Source of the DNA: Chloroflexaceae bacterium
Lineage (GTDB): Bacteria > Chloroflexota > Chloroflexia > Chloroflexales > Chloroflexaceae
Assembly (NCBI GenBank): GCA_028282325.1
Contig: JANQID010000050.1
Span: 1,820 to 65,819, forward strand
Direction of reading: 5' to 3'
DNA length: 64,000 bases
Positions 24,891 through 36,400 of this stretch are shown here, piece by piece; the stretch's first letter is position 1, and every line of letters starts with the position of its first letter. The position numbers and the translations under genes were made by a program. The notes beneath the pieces are model-generated. The model was not told the DNA's origin. It made no database searches and saw only the letters and a list, made by a program, of their open reading frames with translations.

Positions 24891-25805
24891 GTGATCGCGG
24901 TTATCCCAACAGTTTCGCATCCTATGACTGAACCTCTCTTTGAAACAACGTTTCTCCGCAAACTCGACCGGCTGATATTGATGACGCGCCGGGCGATGGC
25001 GGGTGAGATGCAAGGCGAACGCCGGAGTCCGCGCCGCGGCGCCTCGGTTGAGTTTGCCGACTTTCGTCCGTATACGCCGGGCGATGACATTCGCCAGATT
25101 GATTGGAATCTCTACGCGCGGATGGAGCGCTTCTTCCTCAAGCTGTTCGTAGCCGAGGAGGAGTTGACGATCCATCTTCTGATCGACGTCAGTTCCTCGA
25201 TGGATTGGGGCGAGCCGAATAAGCTCCGGCACGCGCTTAAGCTGGCCGGCGCGTTCGGCTATATCGCGTTGAGCAGCCTTGATCGGGTTACGGTGACCGC
25301 GCTCGGCGCGGAGGGCGCGCAGCGGCAACTGCCTGGCGTACGCGGCAAACGGGGCGCGCTGCCACTGTTCGCATTTCTGCAGCAGATTCGGCCCGAAACG
25401 GCGGTTGACCTGTCTACGGCCTGTCATCGCTATATGCGCACCGCGCGCACGCCCGGCCCGCTTTTGCTCTGCTCTGATTTGCTCGACGCCGGGTGGGAGG
25501 ATGCGCTGCGGGCCTTGTCGTCGCGTCCCTTCGAGATTACGTTGCTGCATATTCTGGCTCCGCAGGAGCTTGATCCCCAATTCGACGGCGACTTCCGCCT
25601 GGTGGACGCGGAGGGCGGCACGGCGGTAGAAATCAGCGCCGATCTAGATGCGCTCCGTCGCTATCGTGAAAACCTGACATCCTGGCAGGCTGAGATCGAG
25701 AGCTTCTGCAGCGGACGCGGCATCAACTATTTCTTTGTTGATACAGCCATCTCTGTGGAAGACTTCGTATTGTCGCGAATGCGTCAGCGGGGCGTGCTGC
25801 GCTAG
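24891..25805 (+). CDS. DUF58 domain protein (MoxR-operon partner)
   Basis: Contains GERRSPRRGASVEFADFRPYTPGDDIRQIDWNLYAR and LLIDVSSSM, the DUF58 signature. The start is uncertain (GTG 24891 or ATG 24924). Confidence 0.85.
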   Translation: MIAVIPTVSHPMTEPLFETTFLRKLDRLILMTRRAMAGEMQGERRSPRRGASVEFADFRPYTPGDDIRQIDWNLYARMERFFLKLFVAEEELTIHLLIDVSSSMDWGEPNKLRHALKLAGAFGYIALSSLDRVTVTALGAEGAQRQLPGVRGKRGALPLFAFLQQIRPETAVDLSTACHRYMRTARTPGPLLLCSDLLDAGWEDALRALSSRPFEITLLHILAPQELDPQFDGDFRLVDAEGGTAVEISADLDALRRYRENLTSWQAEIESFCSGRGINYFFVDTAISVEDFVLSRMRQRGVLR

Positions 25806-25813
25806 CCGCGTGT

Positions 25814-26320
25814 ATGGGAAGACGGTTGACGCGTATGCTGATAACAGTTCGGCTCGTCAAGCCGCTCAAGAACGCGACCATTACCTACACGGCGGAATTG
25901 GTGGAATGTACCGAGCGCTACGTTCTGCTCCACGCGCGCTGGACAAAGCGCCCGATTGATCTGGACGTGATGACACTTGTTCCCGGCGATCATCTCTACG
26001 AGCATTTCTACAGCGATCGTTGGTATAACGTCTACGAAGTCTATGCGGAAGACGGCGGACTCAAGGGCTGGTATTGCAATGTCACCCGCCCGGCGGTGTT
26101 CGAGCCATCCGTTGTGGTCTCGGAGGATCTTGAACTCGATCTGCTGGTCTCTCCGGAACGCGACCGAATCCTGACTCTCGATGAGGACGAGTTCGCCGCC
26201 CGTGAATTGCATATACACGATGCGGCGGCACATCGCGAGGCACTGGCGGCTTTAGAAACATTGCGCGTTCTGGCAATGCGCGGCGAAGGGCCATTCGCTT
26301 ACCGCCGCGAGAGGGTTTAG
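25814..26320 (+). CDS. DUF402 domain protein (FomD / nucleoside di- and triphosphatase-like)
   Basis: 168 aa with YEHFYSDRWYNVYEVY..GGLKGWYCNVTRP...EDLELDLLV, typical of DUF402. It is wedged between the DUF58 and BatA-like genes with 8-nt and 2-nt gaps. Confidence 0.7.
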   Translation: MGRRLTRMLITVRLVKPLKNATITYTAELVECTERYVLLHARWTKRPIDLDVMTLVPGDHLYEHFYSDRWYNVYEVYAEDGGLKGWYCNVTRPAVFEPSVVVSEDLELDLLVSPERDRILTLDEDEFAARELHIHDAAAHREALAALETLRVLAMRGEGPFAYRRERV

Positions 26321-26322
26321 CT

Positions 26323-28248
26323 ATGTCTTTCCTTGCCCCGCTGGCGATGCTTGCGGCTGCGGTTATTGGCCCGATCATCGTGGCAATGTATCTGCTGAAA
26401 CTGCGTCGCGAGGATCGCACAGTTTCCTCGACGTTTCTCTGGCGACGAATGGTGCGCGATGTAGAGGCCAACGCACCCTGGCAGAAACTCCGCCGCAACC
26501 TGCTGCTGTTGCTGCAATTGCTGCTGCTGCTTTTGCTTGTTCTGGCGCTGGCCCGTCCGTTTGTTCGTACCACCGGCATTGCCGGGCGCAACCTGATCAT
26601 GATCATCGATCGCTCGGCCAGTATGCAGGCGGCGGATGTCGGCCAGAATCGCCTGGAAGCTGCAAAGGCGCAGGCGATCAATCTAGTTGACCAGTTGCCG
26701 GATGGCGGGCGGGCGACGGTGATCGCGATGGGCGGGCAGATGGAAGTGCTGGCGGCGGCCACCAGCGACCGTCGCGAGTTGCGTGACGCGATCAGTGGTA
26801 TCGAGTTGCGAAATGGCGGTGGCAGCGATCTCTCCCAGGCGTTGACGCTGGCTTCGGCGCTGTCGGCCCGCGAAGAGCAGAGCGAAGCGGCGATCATTTC
26901 GGATGGCAATGTGATGATCCCCGACGACGTAAAAGTGCCCGCTACGGTGCGCTATTTTCCAATCGGACGGAGCGATGCGAATGTCGCGATCGGCGCAATA
27001 GCCTTGCAACCGAGCGCCGGCGGGCAGACGCTTTTTGTGCAGACGACGAACCACGGCAGCGCCAGCACGTCGGTGCGCGTCGATCTTTACCTCGACGGCG
27101 TGTTGTTTGATGCGCGCAACCTTGATCTCCCGCCCGGCGGCGATTCCAGCATCGTGACTGAAGTGCCGTCGCAGGTGCGGGTTGCGGAAGCGCGTGTAAG
27201 CGAAGCCGATGCTTTGGAGGCTGACAATCGCGCATGGGCGGTGAGCACGCTCGATGATACAACCAACGTACGCGTAATCGGGGCGGGTAATCGTTTCCTG
27301 GAAACCGGGTTGAGTTTGCTGCCCGGCGTGCGTTATACCACCGTCCCGACAAGCACGGCGATATTTACCGAGACTGTGGCCGAAGTGCCGGTAACGATAC
27401 TCGACGGTGTTGTACCAACAACCCTGCCGGCGGGCAATCTCTTCTTCATTGCGCCCCCGCGCAGCACCAACTTCTTCTCGGTGACGGGCGAGATCGAATT
27501 CCCGTCGGTGCGTCCCGTTTCCGGTGATGAGCCGTTATTGCGGCATATCAGCTTGAGCGAAGTCAATGTGCTGCGGGCAGCGCGGATCGCCCCCGGCGCG
27601 TGGGCGCGCGTGATCGTGGATAGCGAAGGCGCGCCGCTGTTGCTGGCTGGCGAACGCGAAGGGCGGCGAATTGTCGTGCTGGCCTTCGATTTGCACGAAT
27701 CAGACTTGCCGCTGCACGTGGCATTTCCGCTGCTGTTGTCGAACATCGTGAACTATCTCGCGCCCGGCAGCGGCGTTGAAGCGTCGCAGATCGCGCCGGG
27801 CCAGTCGCTAGCGATCCAGGTTGATGAAACCATCACCGAGGTGCGTCTCACGCAACCCGATGGCAACATCATGCGCTCGACCGACGGCGCGATCCAGATT
27901 CAGAATAATCAGGCGGTCTATGCAGATACCGATATGCTCGGCGTATACGTGGTCGAAGAGTTCCGCGGCGATGAATTGGTTGCGCGCCGCCGCTACGTGG
28001 TCAATTTCCCCAATGCCGAGTCTGTTATTGCGCCGCAGCCTGATTTGAATATCTTACAGGCGAGCGGTTTACAATCGGCGATCTCACAAGAGCGGGTTGG
28101 GCGCACAGAATTTTGGCGCTGGCTGGCGGCGCTGGCCTTGATTGTGCTAATTGTCGAGTGGTTGTTCTATCAGCGCAATGGGCTCGCCTATCTGCGCGAA
28201 CGCTGGCGGAGTCGCACGCGTGACAAAGGGGCGCTTCGCGCTCGCTAA
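26323..28248 (+). CDS. BatA-like protein: N-terminal aerotolerance-regulator TM domain + VWA domain + C-terminal TM
   Basis: 641 aa with MSFLAPLAMLAAAVIGPIIVAMYLLKLRR, the VWA MIDAS-like motif MIIDRSASM and the C-terminal helix FWRWLAALALIVLIVEWLF. Confidence 0.85.
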   Translation: MSFLAPLAMLAAAVIGPIIVAMYLLKLRREDRTVSSTFLWRRMVRDVEANAPWQKLRRNLLLLLQLLLLLLLVLALARPFVRTTGIAGRNLIMIIDRSASMQAADVGQNRLEAAKAQAINLVDQLPDGGRATVIAMGGQMEVLAAATSDRRELRDAISGIELRNGGGSDLSQALTLASALSAREEQSEAAIISDGNVMIPDDVKVPATVRYFPIGRSDANVAIGAIALQPSAGGQTLFVQTTNHGSASTSVRVDLYLDGVLFDARNLDLPPGGDSSIVTEVPSQVRVAEARVSEADALEADNRAWAVSTLDDTTNVRVIGAGNRFLETGLSLLPGVRYTTVPTSTAIFTETVAEVPVTILDGVVPTTLPAGNLFFIAPPRSTNFFSVTGEIEFPSVRPVSGDEPLLRHISLSEVNVLRAARIAPGAWARVIVDSEGAPLLLAGEREGRRIVVLAFDLHESDLPLHVAFPLLLSNIVNYLAPGSGVEASQIAPGQSLAIQVDETITEVRLTQPDGNIMRSTDGAIQIQNNQAVYADTDMLGVYVVEEFRGDELVARRRYVVNFPNAESVIAPQPDLNILQASGLQSAISQERVGRTEFWRWLAALALIVLIVEWLFYQRNGLAYLRERWRSRTRDKGALRAR

Positions 28249-28452
28249 TGTTGTTCAGTCGTGTCGTCCCGCCCTCATACCATACTTCCCCAACCGCGCG
28301 TGACAATGGTACAGACAAGTAATGTTATACTATGTGTCTAAAGCATAGAAGCTGTGTTCTTGCCTCAATAATGCCTTGGCTTTCCCGACAGATTGGGATA
28401 CCAGGCTCATTGAGTCAATGCCAAAGCCAGAGAAAGATCGTAAGAGGATCGT

Positions 28453-29604
28453 ATGCATTTTGACCTCACTGAAGAACAACACATTATCCGCCGGACAGTG
28501 CGGGATTTCGCCGAAAAAGAGATCATACCGCGTGCCAAATATGTTGATGAAACCGGTGAGTTTCCTGCCGAAACCTTCCGCAAGATGGGTGAGCTAGGTC
28601 TGATGGGGTTGCCATTCTCGGCAGAGTTCGGTGGCGCCGATGTCGATTCGGTCAGCACGGCGATTGCTATCGAAGAGGTGTCGCGGGCATGCGGTTCGAC
28701 AGGGCTGACCTATGCAGCGCACCTTGGCTTGGGATGCGCGCCGTTGGCGATGTTCGGCACGCAAGAGCAAAAAGAGCAATTCTTGACGCCTGCAGCTCAG
28801 GGGCAGCATCTGGGCGCATTCGGTTTGACCGAGCCGCATGCTGGCAGCGATGCCGGCTCGACCCGTACGACAGCCGTGCTTGAAGGCGACCAGTGGGTTA
28901 TCAACGGCAGCAAAATGTGGATCACCAATGCGCCGATGGCCGGTCACGTTATCGCGACGGCTGTCACCGATAAGGATAAAGGCAAGCACGGCATCAGCGC
29001 GATCATCATTCCCCAGGGGGCACCGGGGATGACGTTCGGTAAGCACGAGCCAAAAATGGGCTTGCGTGGTTCGGTGAGTACCGCGATTACGTTCGAGAAC
29101 GTACGTGTGCCCAAAGTGAATCTGCTGGGCGAGCGTGGAAAAGGCTTCATCCAGTTTTTGCAGGTGCTTGACGGCGGTCGGGTCGGCATCGGCGCTATGT
29201 CCATTGGCCTGGCCCAAGCGGCGTATGAGGCGGCGGTGAGCTATGCGCGCGAGCGAGAAGCCTTTGGCAAACCCATTGGCGCGTTTCAATCGATCTCGAA
29301 TATGATCGCCGATATGAACGTGGGCCTGGAAGCCGCACGGTTGTTGATCTATCAGGCCGCCTGGCTCAAGGATCAAGGTCGCCCCTACACGCGCGAAGCC
29401 GCTATCGGCAAGCTCTATGCTTCGGAAGCGGCGGAGCGCATTTGCCGCGACGCGATCCAGATATTCGGCGGCTATGGGTACAGCCAGGAATTTCCTGTCG
29501 AGCGCTATTATCGTGATGTGCGCCTGTTGACTATTGGCGAGGGCACATCGGAGATCCTGCGTGGTGTGATTTCGCATCGGGCGCTTGGCAAGCTGGGGCA
29601 ATAA
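28453..29604 (+). CDS. acyl-CoA dehydrogenase (short/medium-chain type)
   Basis: 383 aa with GAFGLTEPHAGSDAGS, WITNA, QIFGGYGYSQEFPVERYYRDVRLLTIGEGTSEI. Confidence 0.9.
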   Translation: MHFDLTEEQHIIRRTVRDFAEKEIIPRAKYVDETGEFPAETFRKMGELGLMGLPFSAEFGGADVDSVSTAIAIEEVSRACGSTGLTYAAHLGLGCAPLAMFGTQEQKEQFLTPAAQGQHLGAFGLTEPHAGSDAGSTRTTAVLEGDQWVINGSKMWITNAPMAGHVIATAVTDKDKGKHGISAIIIPQGAPGMTFGKHEPKMGLRGSVSTAITFENVRVPKVNLLGERGKGFIQFLQVLDGGRVGIGAMSIGLAQAAYEAAVSYAREREAFGKPIGAFQSISNMIADMNVGLEAARLLIYQAAWLKDQGRPYTREAAIGKLYASEAAERICRDAIQIFGGYGYSQEFPVERYYRDVRLLTIGEGTSEILRGVISHRALGKLGQ

Positions 29605-29789
29605 ATATTGCTGTGCGTCGCGACTCGCTGGTGAGATTGCGGCTCTCTTCACGACGATGTGCGAAGGGGGCCGCGGCTGCATACGCAAATTCCCCGCGCC
29701 TATATTTCCCTGTGCTATTCAGAGCTTAACCTGCACCTGAAATGGAATCTCATCGCGGGTGTCCGTATCAGCAGGCTAGCGGAGACTTC

Positions 29790-31514
29790 ATGAAGCGCGA
29801 GCTTATTTTGATCGGAAGCGTTGCAGCGCCAGGTATTGCGATAGGTCCGGCGCTGATTTGTCGCCCTTCTGCATTTAACGGCGATATGTCGGATCGAATG
29901 GCGGCGCGACTCTTCTCACCTCATGCCGAGATTGAACAGCTCGATCTGGCCATTGCAGCGACTGACGCAGTTTTAGCTCAGGTGGAAGAGACGTTGCGCG
30001 CTGATGGCAAGTATGAAGAAGCGCATATCTTTATTGCGCATCGCATGATTTTGCACGATCCGATATTGCGCGCGCGAACTGTTGAATTAGTTGAGAATGC
30101 GGGCAAGTCAGCAGCGGCGGCGATTGTAGCTGCGGGCGAAGAGCAGGTTGAACAACTTCTGGCGTTGAGCGACTCGCATTTGCGGTCGCGGGCGGCCGAC
30201 GTGCGCGATCTGGTTACGCAAGTGCGTCGTATGCTTATGGGCGAGCAAGCTCTGGGCGAGCGCTTGAAACAACCCTCAGTCATCGTCGCCTATGATATTG
30301 GGCCATCCGAGTTGATGAGCATGCCGCGCGAAAACTTGCTTGGAATTGCACTCGCCGCCGGCGGCCCAACCGCTCATGTCACTATTCTGGCCCGTGCTCT
30401 GGGGATTCCGGCTGTCGTTGGATTGGGTTCGGCTATCCTGGAAACGACATTCAGTGATACGCTGCTGGCGCTTGATGGAGGTTCGGGGCAGGTCGTTGTC
30501 ACACCGTCCGACGTGACGCTTGAACGTATGCGTGCTCAGGCCGATCTCGAAGCGGCGCGCCTGGAAGAATTTCGCGACCAGCGGGATCTGGCGACGGTGA
30601 CGCGCGATGGTCTCGCAATCAAATTGCTGGCCAACGTCTCGTCGGTGGCGGAAGCGCGACAATCATACGAGTGGGGAGCCGCAGGCATTGGTTTGTTGCG
30701 AACGGAAATGTTGTTCCTCGATCGCCCAATGCTGCCCGACGAAGAAGAGCAACTGGCGTTGTATCAAGCCGTCGTGAATGAAATCTCCGGGCATCCGGCA
30801 GTCGCGCGCACGCTTGATTTAGGCGGTGACAAATATCTGCCGGGTTCTGCACCTCACGAAGCCAATCCTTTTTTGGGCTGGCGAGCGATTCGCATTGGCT
30901 TAAGCCGACCCGAAGCGTTTATGCCGCAACTGCGAGCGTTGTTGCGGGCCGGGGCGGAACGAGATGTTCGCATCCTATTGCCAATGATCTCTACGGTGCA
31001 AGAAATACGCCAGGTGCGTGCGTTGATTCAACAGGCGCTGGCTGAATTGGCCGTCGAGAGAAAGGCGCATACGACAGCACCGCAGATCGGTGTTATGATT
31101 GAAGTTCCGGCAGCGGCGCTGATGGCCGATAGTCTGGCGCCGGAGGTGGACTTCTTTAGCATTGGCACGAACGATCTGGTGCAGTATACGCTGGCGTGTG
31201 ATCGCACCAATCAACATGTTGCGCACCTGTACCAACCTTTGGAACCCGCGGTATTGCGTCTGATAATGATGGTTATCACGGCGGCGCATCGCTCTGGCCG
31301 AACCGTTACCGTATGCGGCGAGATGGCGGGAGACGCGAAATTGACAGCACTGCTGATCGGAATGGGCGTTGATGAGTTGAGTTGCAGTCCTGCCTCATTG
31401 CCGCTGATACGGAACGCGATCCGCTTGACCGATGCCGCCGCCGCGCAGAAGACGGCGCAGGCGGCGGTTGCTGCGCTTAGTCTTGAAGAGGTGTGCAATA
31501 TACTCTCTGGCTGA
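29790..31514 (+). CDS. ptsI: phosphoenolpyruvate-protein phosphotransferase (PTS enzyme I)
   Basis: The in-frame ATG 29790 (MKRELILIG) is the likely start. Motifs are GGPTAHVTILARALGIPAV (phospho-His loop), GIGLLRTEMLF, FFSIGTNDLVQYTLA and TVCGEMAGD. Confidence 0.9.
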   Translation: MKRELILIGSVAAPGIAIGPALICRPSAFNGDMSDRMAARLFSPHAEIEQLDLAIAATDAVLAQVEETLRADGKYEEAHIFIAHRMILHDPILRARTVELVENAGKSAAAAIVAAGEEQVEQLLALSDSHLRSRAADVRDLVTQVRRMLMGEQALGERLKQPSVIVAYDIGPSELMSMPRENLLGIALAAGGPTAHVTILARALGIPAVVGLGSAILETTFSDTLLALDGGSGQVVVTPSDVTLERMRAQADLEAARLEEFRDQRDLATVTRDGLAIKLLANVSSVAEARQSYEWGAAGIGLLRTEMLFLDRPMLPDEEEQLALYQAVVNEISGHPAVARTLDLGGDKYLPGSAPHEANPFLGWRAIRIGLSRPEAFMPQLRALLRAGAERDVRILLPMISTVQEIRQVRALIQQALAELAVERKAHTTAPQIGVMIEVPAAALMADSLAPEVDFFSIGTNDLVQYTLACDRTNQHVAHLYQPLEPAVLRLIMMVITAAHRSGRTVTVCGEMAGDAKLTALLIGMGVDELSCSPASLPLIRNAIRLTDAAAAQKTAQAAVAALSLEEVCNILSG

Positions 31515-31761
31515 TCAACGCAGAATGGCCAGAATAGTGCGCAATTTCGGATGCTGTAGGCGTCAGCAGAGAGGCGCTAGATGTGCTACAATGCGATAGT
31601 TGAGAAGGGGCCAGCGCCTGCGCAGTCGTAATCCCAGTTGATCTCCGCACATACCCTCTTTGCTGGGTCTGCTGTAATTGTGTGATATTTGCATTTGCCT
31701 GTAGGGTTTCTGGTTTCACTTTCTTCCTGCCGATAAGGCTCTTGCTATACTGAGGAAATGT

Positions 31762-32958
31762 ATGGCTCAGACTCCAACTGATAGCGCTCGGTCTGCCGCA
31801 ACTCCGCCGCCGGCTGAATTAGCAGCTTTGATTGCTCAGGGTAAGCAGCGCGGATATGTGACGCTGGATGAGTTGCTGCAGCTGGTGCCAGCGCCTGAAG
31901 AAGCGTCTGAAAGCATCGACGCTTTGTACTCCGCCCTTGCCGAGGCAGGCATACCCGTACGCGATCCGAGCGATGACGCTTCCCCGATAAGCGATGACTC
32001 GGAAGCAGTGCAGGTCTCTAATCTTGATGAGGGGTTGTCCGATGCATTGCTCGGTGACAGCGTGCGGCTCTACTTGCGTGAAATCGGTCAGGTGCCGTTG
32101 CTAACAACTGAACAGGAACAACATCTTGCACGTACAATTGCGGATGGCATCAGGGCTGCCAGCGAATTGACTAATGGCGCTGCCGATACTGAGCATTCCA
32201 GACAATTGCGCGCCAGAATTGAGGCCGGCAATGACGCACGCCAGCGGATGGCCGCCGCCAACTTACGTCTTGTAGTCAGCATCGCCAAGCGCTACCGTGA
32301 TCGTGGACTGCCTCTGCTTGACCTTATTCAGGAAGGAAGCTTGGGTCTGTTGCGGGCTATTGAGAAATTTGATGTCGAAAAGGGTTATAAGTTTAGCACG
32401 TATGCGACCTGGTGGATCAAACAAGCGTTGAGCCGCGCTCTGGCTGATCAGTCGCGTCTGGTGCGATTGCCGGTGCATCTTGGCGAAACGCTGAACCGAA
32501 TCCAATCGGCTCGCCGCCAACTTACGCAGAGTCTTGGCCGCGAACCTAACGATAGCGAACTTGCGACAGCGTTGAGTATGAGCGAGGAAAAACTGCGCGA
32601 GCTTCGTCGTACGGCTCAAGATCCAGTCTCGCTGGCGACGCCGGTAGGCGAAGAAGCGGATAGCACCCTGGCAGATTTTATCCCCGATCCGCATGCTCTC
32701 GATGCAGATGATGCCGCCGCCGGGGGGATGCTCCGCACACAAATCGCCGATGCGCTCAATCAACTCACCGATCGTGAGCGTAAAGTGTTGGAATTGCGCT
32801 ATGGTCTTGTAGATGGCCAGCCGCGTACACTAGAAGAAGTTGGCAAGGCTTTCAGTGTAACTCGCGAGCGTGTGCGCCAGATTGAAGTAAAGGCGCTTCG
32901 CAAGCTTCGCCACCCCCGCCTTGGCAAGCTGTTGAAAGATTACCTCGACCAGATTTAA
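31762..32958 (+). CDS. rpoD: primary RNA polymerase sigma factor (sigma-70/RpoD group 1)
   Basis: 398 aa with [53 protein letters not shown] and [20 protein letters not shown]. Confidence 0.95.
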   Translation: MAQTPTDSARSAATPPPAELAALIAQGKQRGYVTLDELLQLVPAPEEASESIDALYSALAEAGIPVRDPSDDASPISDDSEAVQVSNLDEGLSDALLGDSVRLYLREIGQVPLLTTEQEQHLARTIADGIRAASELTNGAADTEHSRQLRARIEAGNDARQRMAAANLRLVVSIAKRYRDRGLPLLDLIQEGSLGLLRAIEKFDVEKGYKFSTYATWWIKQALSRALADQSRLVRLPVHLGETLNRIQSARRQLTQSLGREPNDSELATALSMSEEKLRELRRTAQDPVSLATPVGEEADSTLADFIPDPHALDADDAAAGGMLRTQIADALNQLTDRERKVLELRYGLVDGQPRTLEEVGKAFSVTRERVRQIEVKALRKLRHPRLGKLLKDYLDQI

Positions 32959-33460
32959 GTAATGTTAGCGTGCGTTTGCTCAAACTTCACTGATGCCAAA
33001 TGGCTGTTGCAGTCATAGGCCAGGTGACGATGCTCCCTCCTGGCGGAGAGGAGATTCTAAATTTCTGCAAATATAGCAATCCTATCCGGTTTGTGAATAC
33101 CCAAAACTTTTCAGGTGCGGCGTAACGAACTTCGTGAACGGACATGGCCATGGTTTGCTGCACCTGAAAGGTTTCTATGCTGCGTAGTATCACTATACGT
33201 GACAAATATTTCAGGATTAAAGGATTTTTATGCTGTGTCGTAGAAAAAGTTGTGCGTATCATGTATAATTTAGAGACCGCTTTTATATTACATTGTAGAG
33301 TTGAAATGTGCGCCGCACATCTTTATATGTTTGGGGTTCTTTTAGCGGAGCGACATTAGATACTAAATGAACATTGGCTCGTGACCAAGGTATCGTCACG
33401 AGCGTATTCGGCTTTATTCTAGGGGTATTCATTTAAACTTCGATGTAATGGGGACGTACC

Positions 33461-36400
33461 ATGCCAGGCTGCATTCATTCACGAACACTCGTCCTTTTTA
33501 TCGTAATTCTTATTGCCCTCGTCAGCTCTCCCCTGGCTATGCACGAAGCGAGCGCCAGCTCGTTGTATGCAATGCCTGCTACGGCGACACCTGCTTCTAT
33601 CGGCTTTCTCAACGCGCCAATTACAACAAGCGTGGGAGGTCAGGTTCGTGTGGTGGCTGCCGCCGATTTCAATGCTGATGGCAGAGCCGAGGCGAGTGTC
33701 ACGACGGCTCGTGGTTCTAACCCGGCTCGTGATGAGCGCCAGTACCTCTATGCGTTGAGCGACGGCGCTCTGGTTGAGCAGCAGCAATTGCTAGCCGGCG
33801 CCGAGCCTGAAGCGGCTATCGCTGCTGATTTCGATCGTGATGGAAGGACTGATGTCGCTGTAGCGTTGACCAGTGCGAATGCGATCGCCGTGTATACCCA
33901 GACCTCCTCGCTGCCGCCCCTGAGCAATCCTGTGCAGTTGGAATCCCCTGGCGCTCCCAATGCGCTAGCTGCTGGCGATTTTGATGGCGACCTCTATGAT
34001 GATCTGGCAGTGGCTGCGCCATTGTCGGATACGATCATTATCCGTCGAACATCGAGCGCCGAGTTGTTGCCCGAAATTCAGCGCTTGCCGTTTGCCAGCG
34101 ACGGCTATAGCGATCTCGTCGCTGGAGACCTCGACAACGATGGTGATGATGATATAGCCGCTCTGCGTGTTACTGCCTCTTCAATTGCTCCAGTGGTTGT
34201 GTTCTTGCAAGATAGCGGCGCATTCCCAATTAGCTATACGCTTTCACCCAACATTGGAGGTTCTCTGGCGCGTAGTCTGGCCATTGGCGATGTGAGCAAC
34301 GATGGCCTCAACGATCTGATTGTCACTGCCGGCGGTAATAGCCTCGATGCTATCCTCAATGTGTTCCTGCAACGTGTTACCGACCCGACAACGGTTCCGC
34401 CACGGTCGAGTCTGGATACGAGCCCGGTCACGTATCTGGCGAGCGATCTGCCGAGCGCAGTGGGAATTGCTGACATCAATCACGATGGACGTGATGATGT
34501 AGTACTCCTCAGCGATGCATCGAGCACGTTGAGCGTTCATTTACAGAATATCGGCGGCGCGCTGGGCAGTTTTATCGTGACAGATGTTCCCTACAGCGAT
34601 CAATTCCGGCCTGATGCGCTCGATATCGCCGATCTTAACGGCGATGGAGGCTTAGATGTTGTATTGGCTGCGGAGCCTTCTGACCTGGCCGTTTTGACGA
34701 ATCGGCGTTCGGCTCCAGTTGCACAAATTGTTACGCCCGCCTATGGCGCGTTTGTTAGCCGGGATCTGACGGTCAGCGGAACCGTTAGCTCCAAGGCGTC
34801 CGCCGTTGAGGTGCGGGTGAAAGGATTGACCGACTGGAGGAGTGCGACGCTTGTTGGCGATGCCTGGCAATTGGATCTGTCGCTGCCCGACGTACAGCGT
34901 TCATGGTGGATTGAAGCGCGGGCGATTGGAAGTAATGGATATGTGCAGGCGCCGCTTGCCCGGCACCGGGTCAAACCGAGGGATGCTAGCTGCGTGCGTG
35001 TGAGTGACGGTTTGCAGGCATTGTATGACTTTGAGGAACGCAATGGAACCATTGTCAACGACGTTTCGGGCGTAGGTGAACCGCTCAATCTAATCATCGG
35101 CGACGAGAGCGCTGTGAGTTGGGTTCCTGGCGGACTCTATGTGAATGCGCCGACAATGATCGCCTCGACCGACCCTGCGCAGAAAATCATCGATGCTGCG
35201 AGCGAAACGAACGAGATAACGATCGAGGCATGGGTGCGCCCGGCCAATACGACTCAGAGTGGACCGGCGCGTATTGTGACAATGTCCGAAGCATCGCATC
35301 GCCTGAACTTTTCAATGGCGCAAGGATCGTTTGGTATTGGATCGTCTAGATATTACAGTTACGGCGTGCGGTTAAATACTTCCGCAATGTCGCACAGCGA
35401 TTTTCGGTTGCTTGTCAGCGATTATCCGGTTGAAACGCAGCTTGCCCATGTTGTTTATACGCGCGATGCGAAAGGAAACGTACGCATCTATGTTGACGGC
35501 GTGGAGCAAGCGAGCGATATTATCGCTGGTGATTTCTCAGCCTGGAATGATACATTTCGGTTGGCTTTGGCCAACGATGTATCTGTTGAGCGTCCCTGGC
35601 TGGGTGAATACTACCTGGTTGCACTCTACAACCGCGCACTGACAAATAGCGAAGTGGTGCAGAACTTCAACGCCGGAACCTATGGAGATTGTTCCGATCA
35701 GTTCATCGCCGATGTCCAGGCCGAATACATCTTCAACGCAGGAAGCGGTGAAACGGTAAATGATAGTTCGCTGGTCGGCGAGCCGCTCGATCTGTTGATC
35801 GCTGACCTTAACGCAGTAAGTTGGACTCCGCGCGGGTTGAGCGTGGTTACGCCGACAATCATCGCTTCGACTGAACCGGCGACAAAGGTGAATAACGCTA
35901 TCCGGGCGACCAAAGAACTCGCGCTCGAAGCCTGGGTAGCTCCAGCAAATGTAATGCAAGATGGACCGGCGCGCATCGTAACGATATCAAGGAATACTGC
36001 TCGTCGGAATGCAATGCTCGGGCAGGGGCGCTGGGATGACTTTCCATCATCGACGTATGTTGTCCGGTTGCGTGCTACCGAGACGTCGTTGAATGGAACG
36101 CCCTCCCTGATAACGCCGGAAGATACGCTCACCCTCGATCCGACTTATGTGGTGTATACACGTGATGCAAGTGGCGAGGCGATTCTTTACGTGAATGGCG
36201 TTGAGCAGTCTCGTATGACTGTTGGCGGTGATCTCTCCAACTGGGATGTATCATATCGTCTGGGCTTCGCCAACGAGTTTACTCTCAATCGTCCCTGGCT
36301 TGGTGAGTTGTATATGGCGGCAATTTCGCATCATATTATTAGCCCTGAGGTGATTGCCGAGCGTTATGCTGCTGGTCCGCCGTTCATCGGATCGCCGCCT

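Noticed and set aside
28594-29688. 364-aa minus-strand ORF opposite the acyl-CoA dehydrogenase gene
   Set aside because: It is antisense to a gene with textbook ACAD motifs, and its translation is R/A-rich with no motif.
32987-33262. 91-aa minus-strand ORF in the AT-rich gap after rpoD
   Set aside because: I see no recognisable motif or convincing RBS, and the composition is atypical. It could be real, but I cannot support it from sequence alone.
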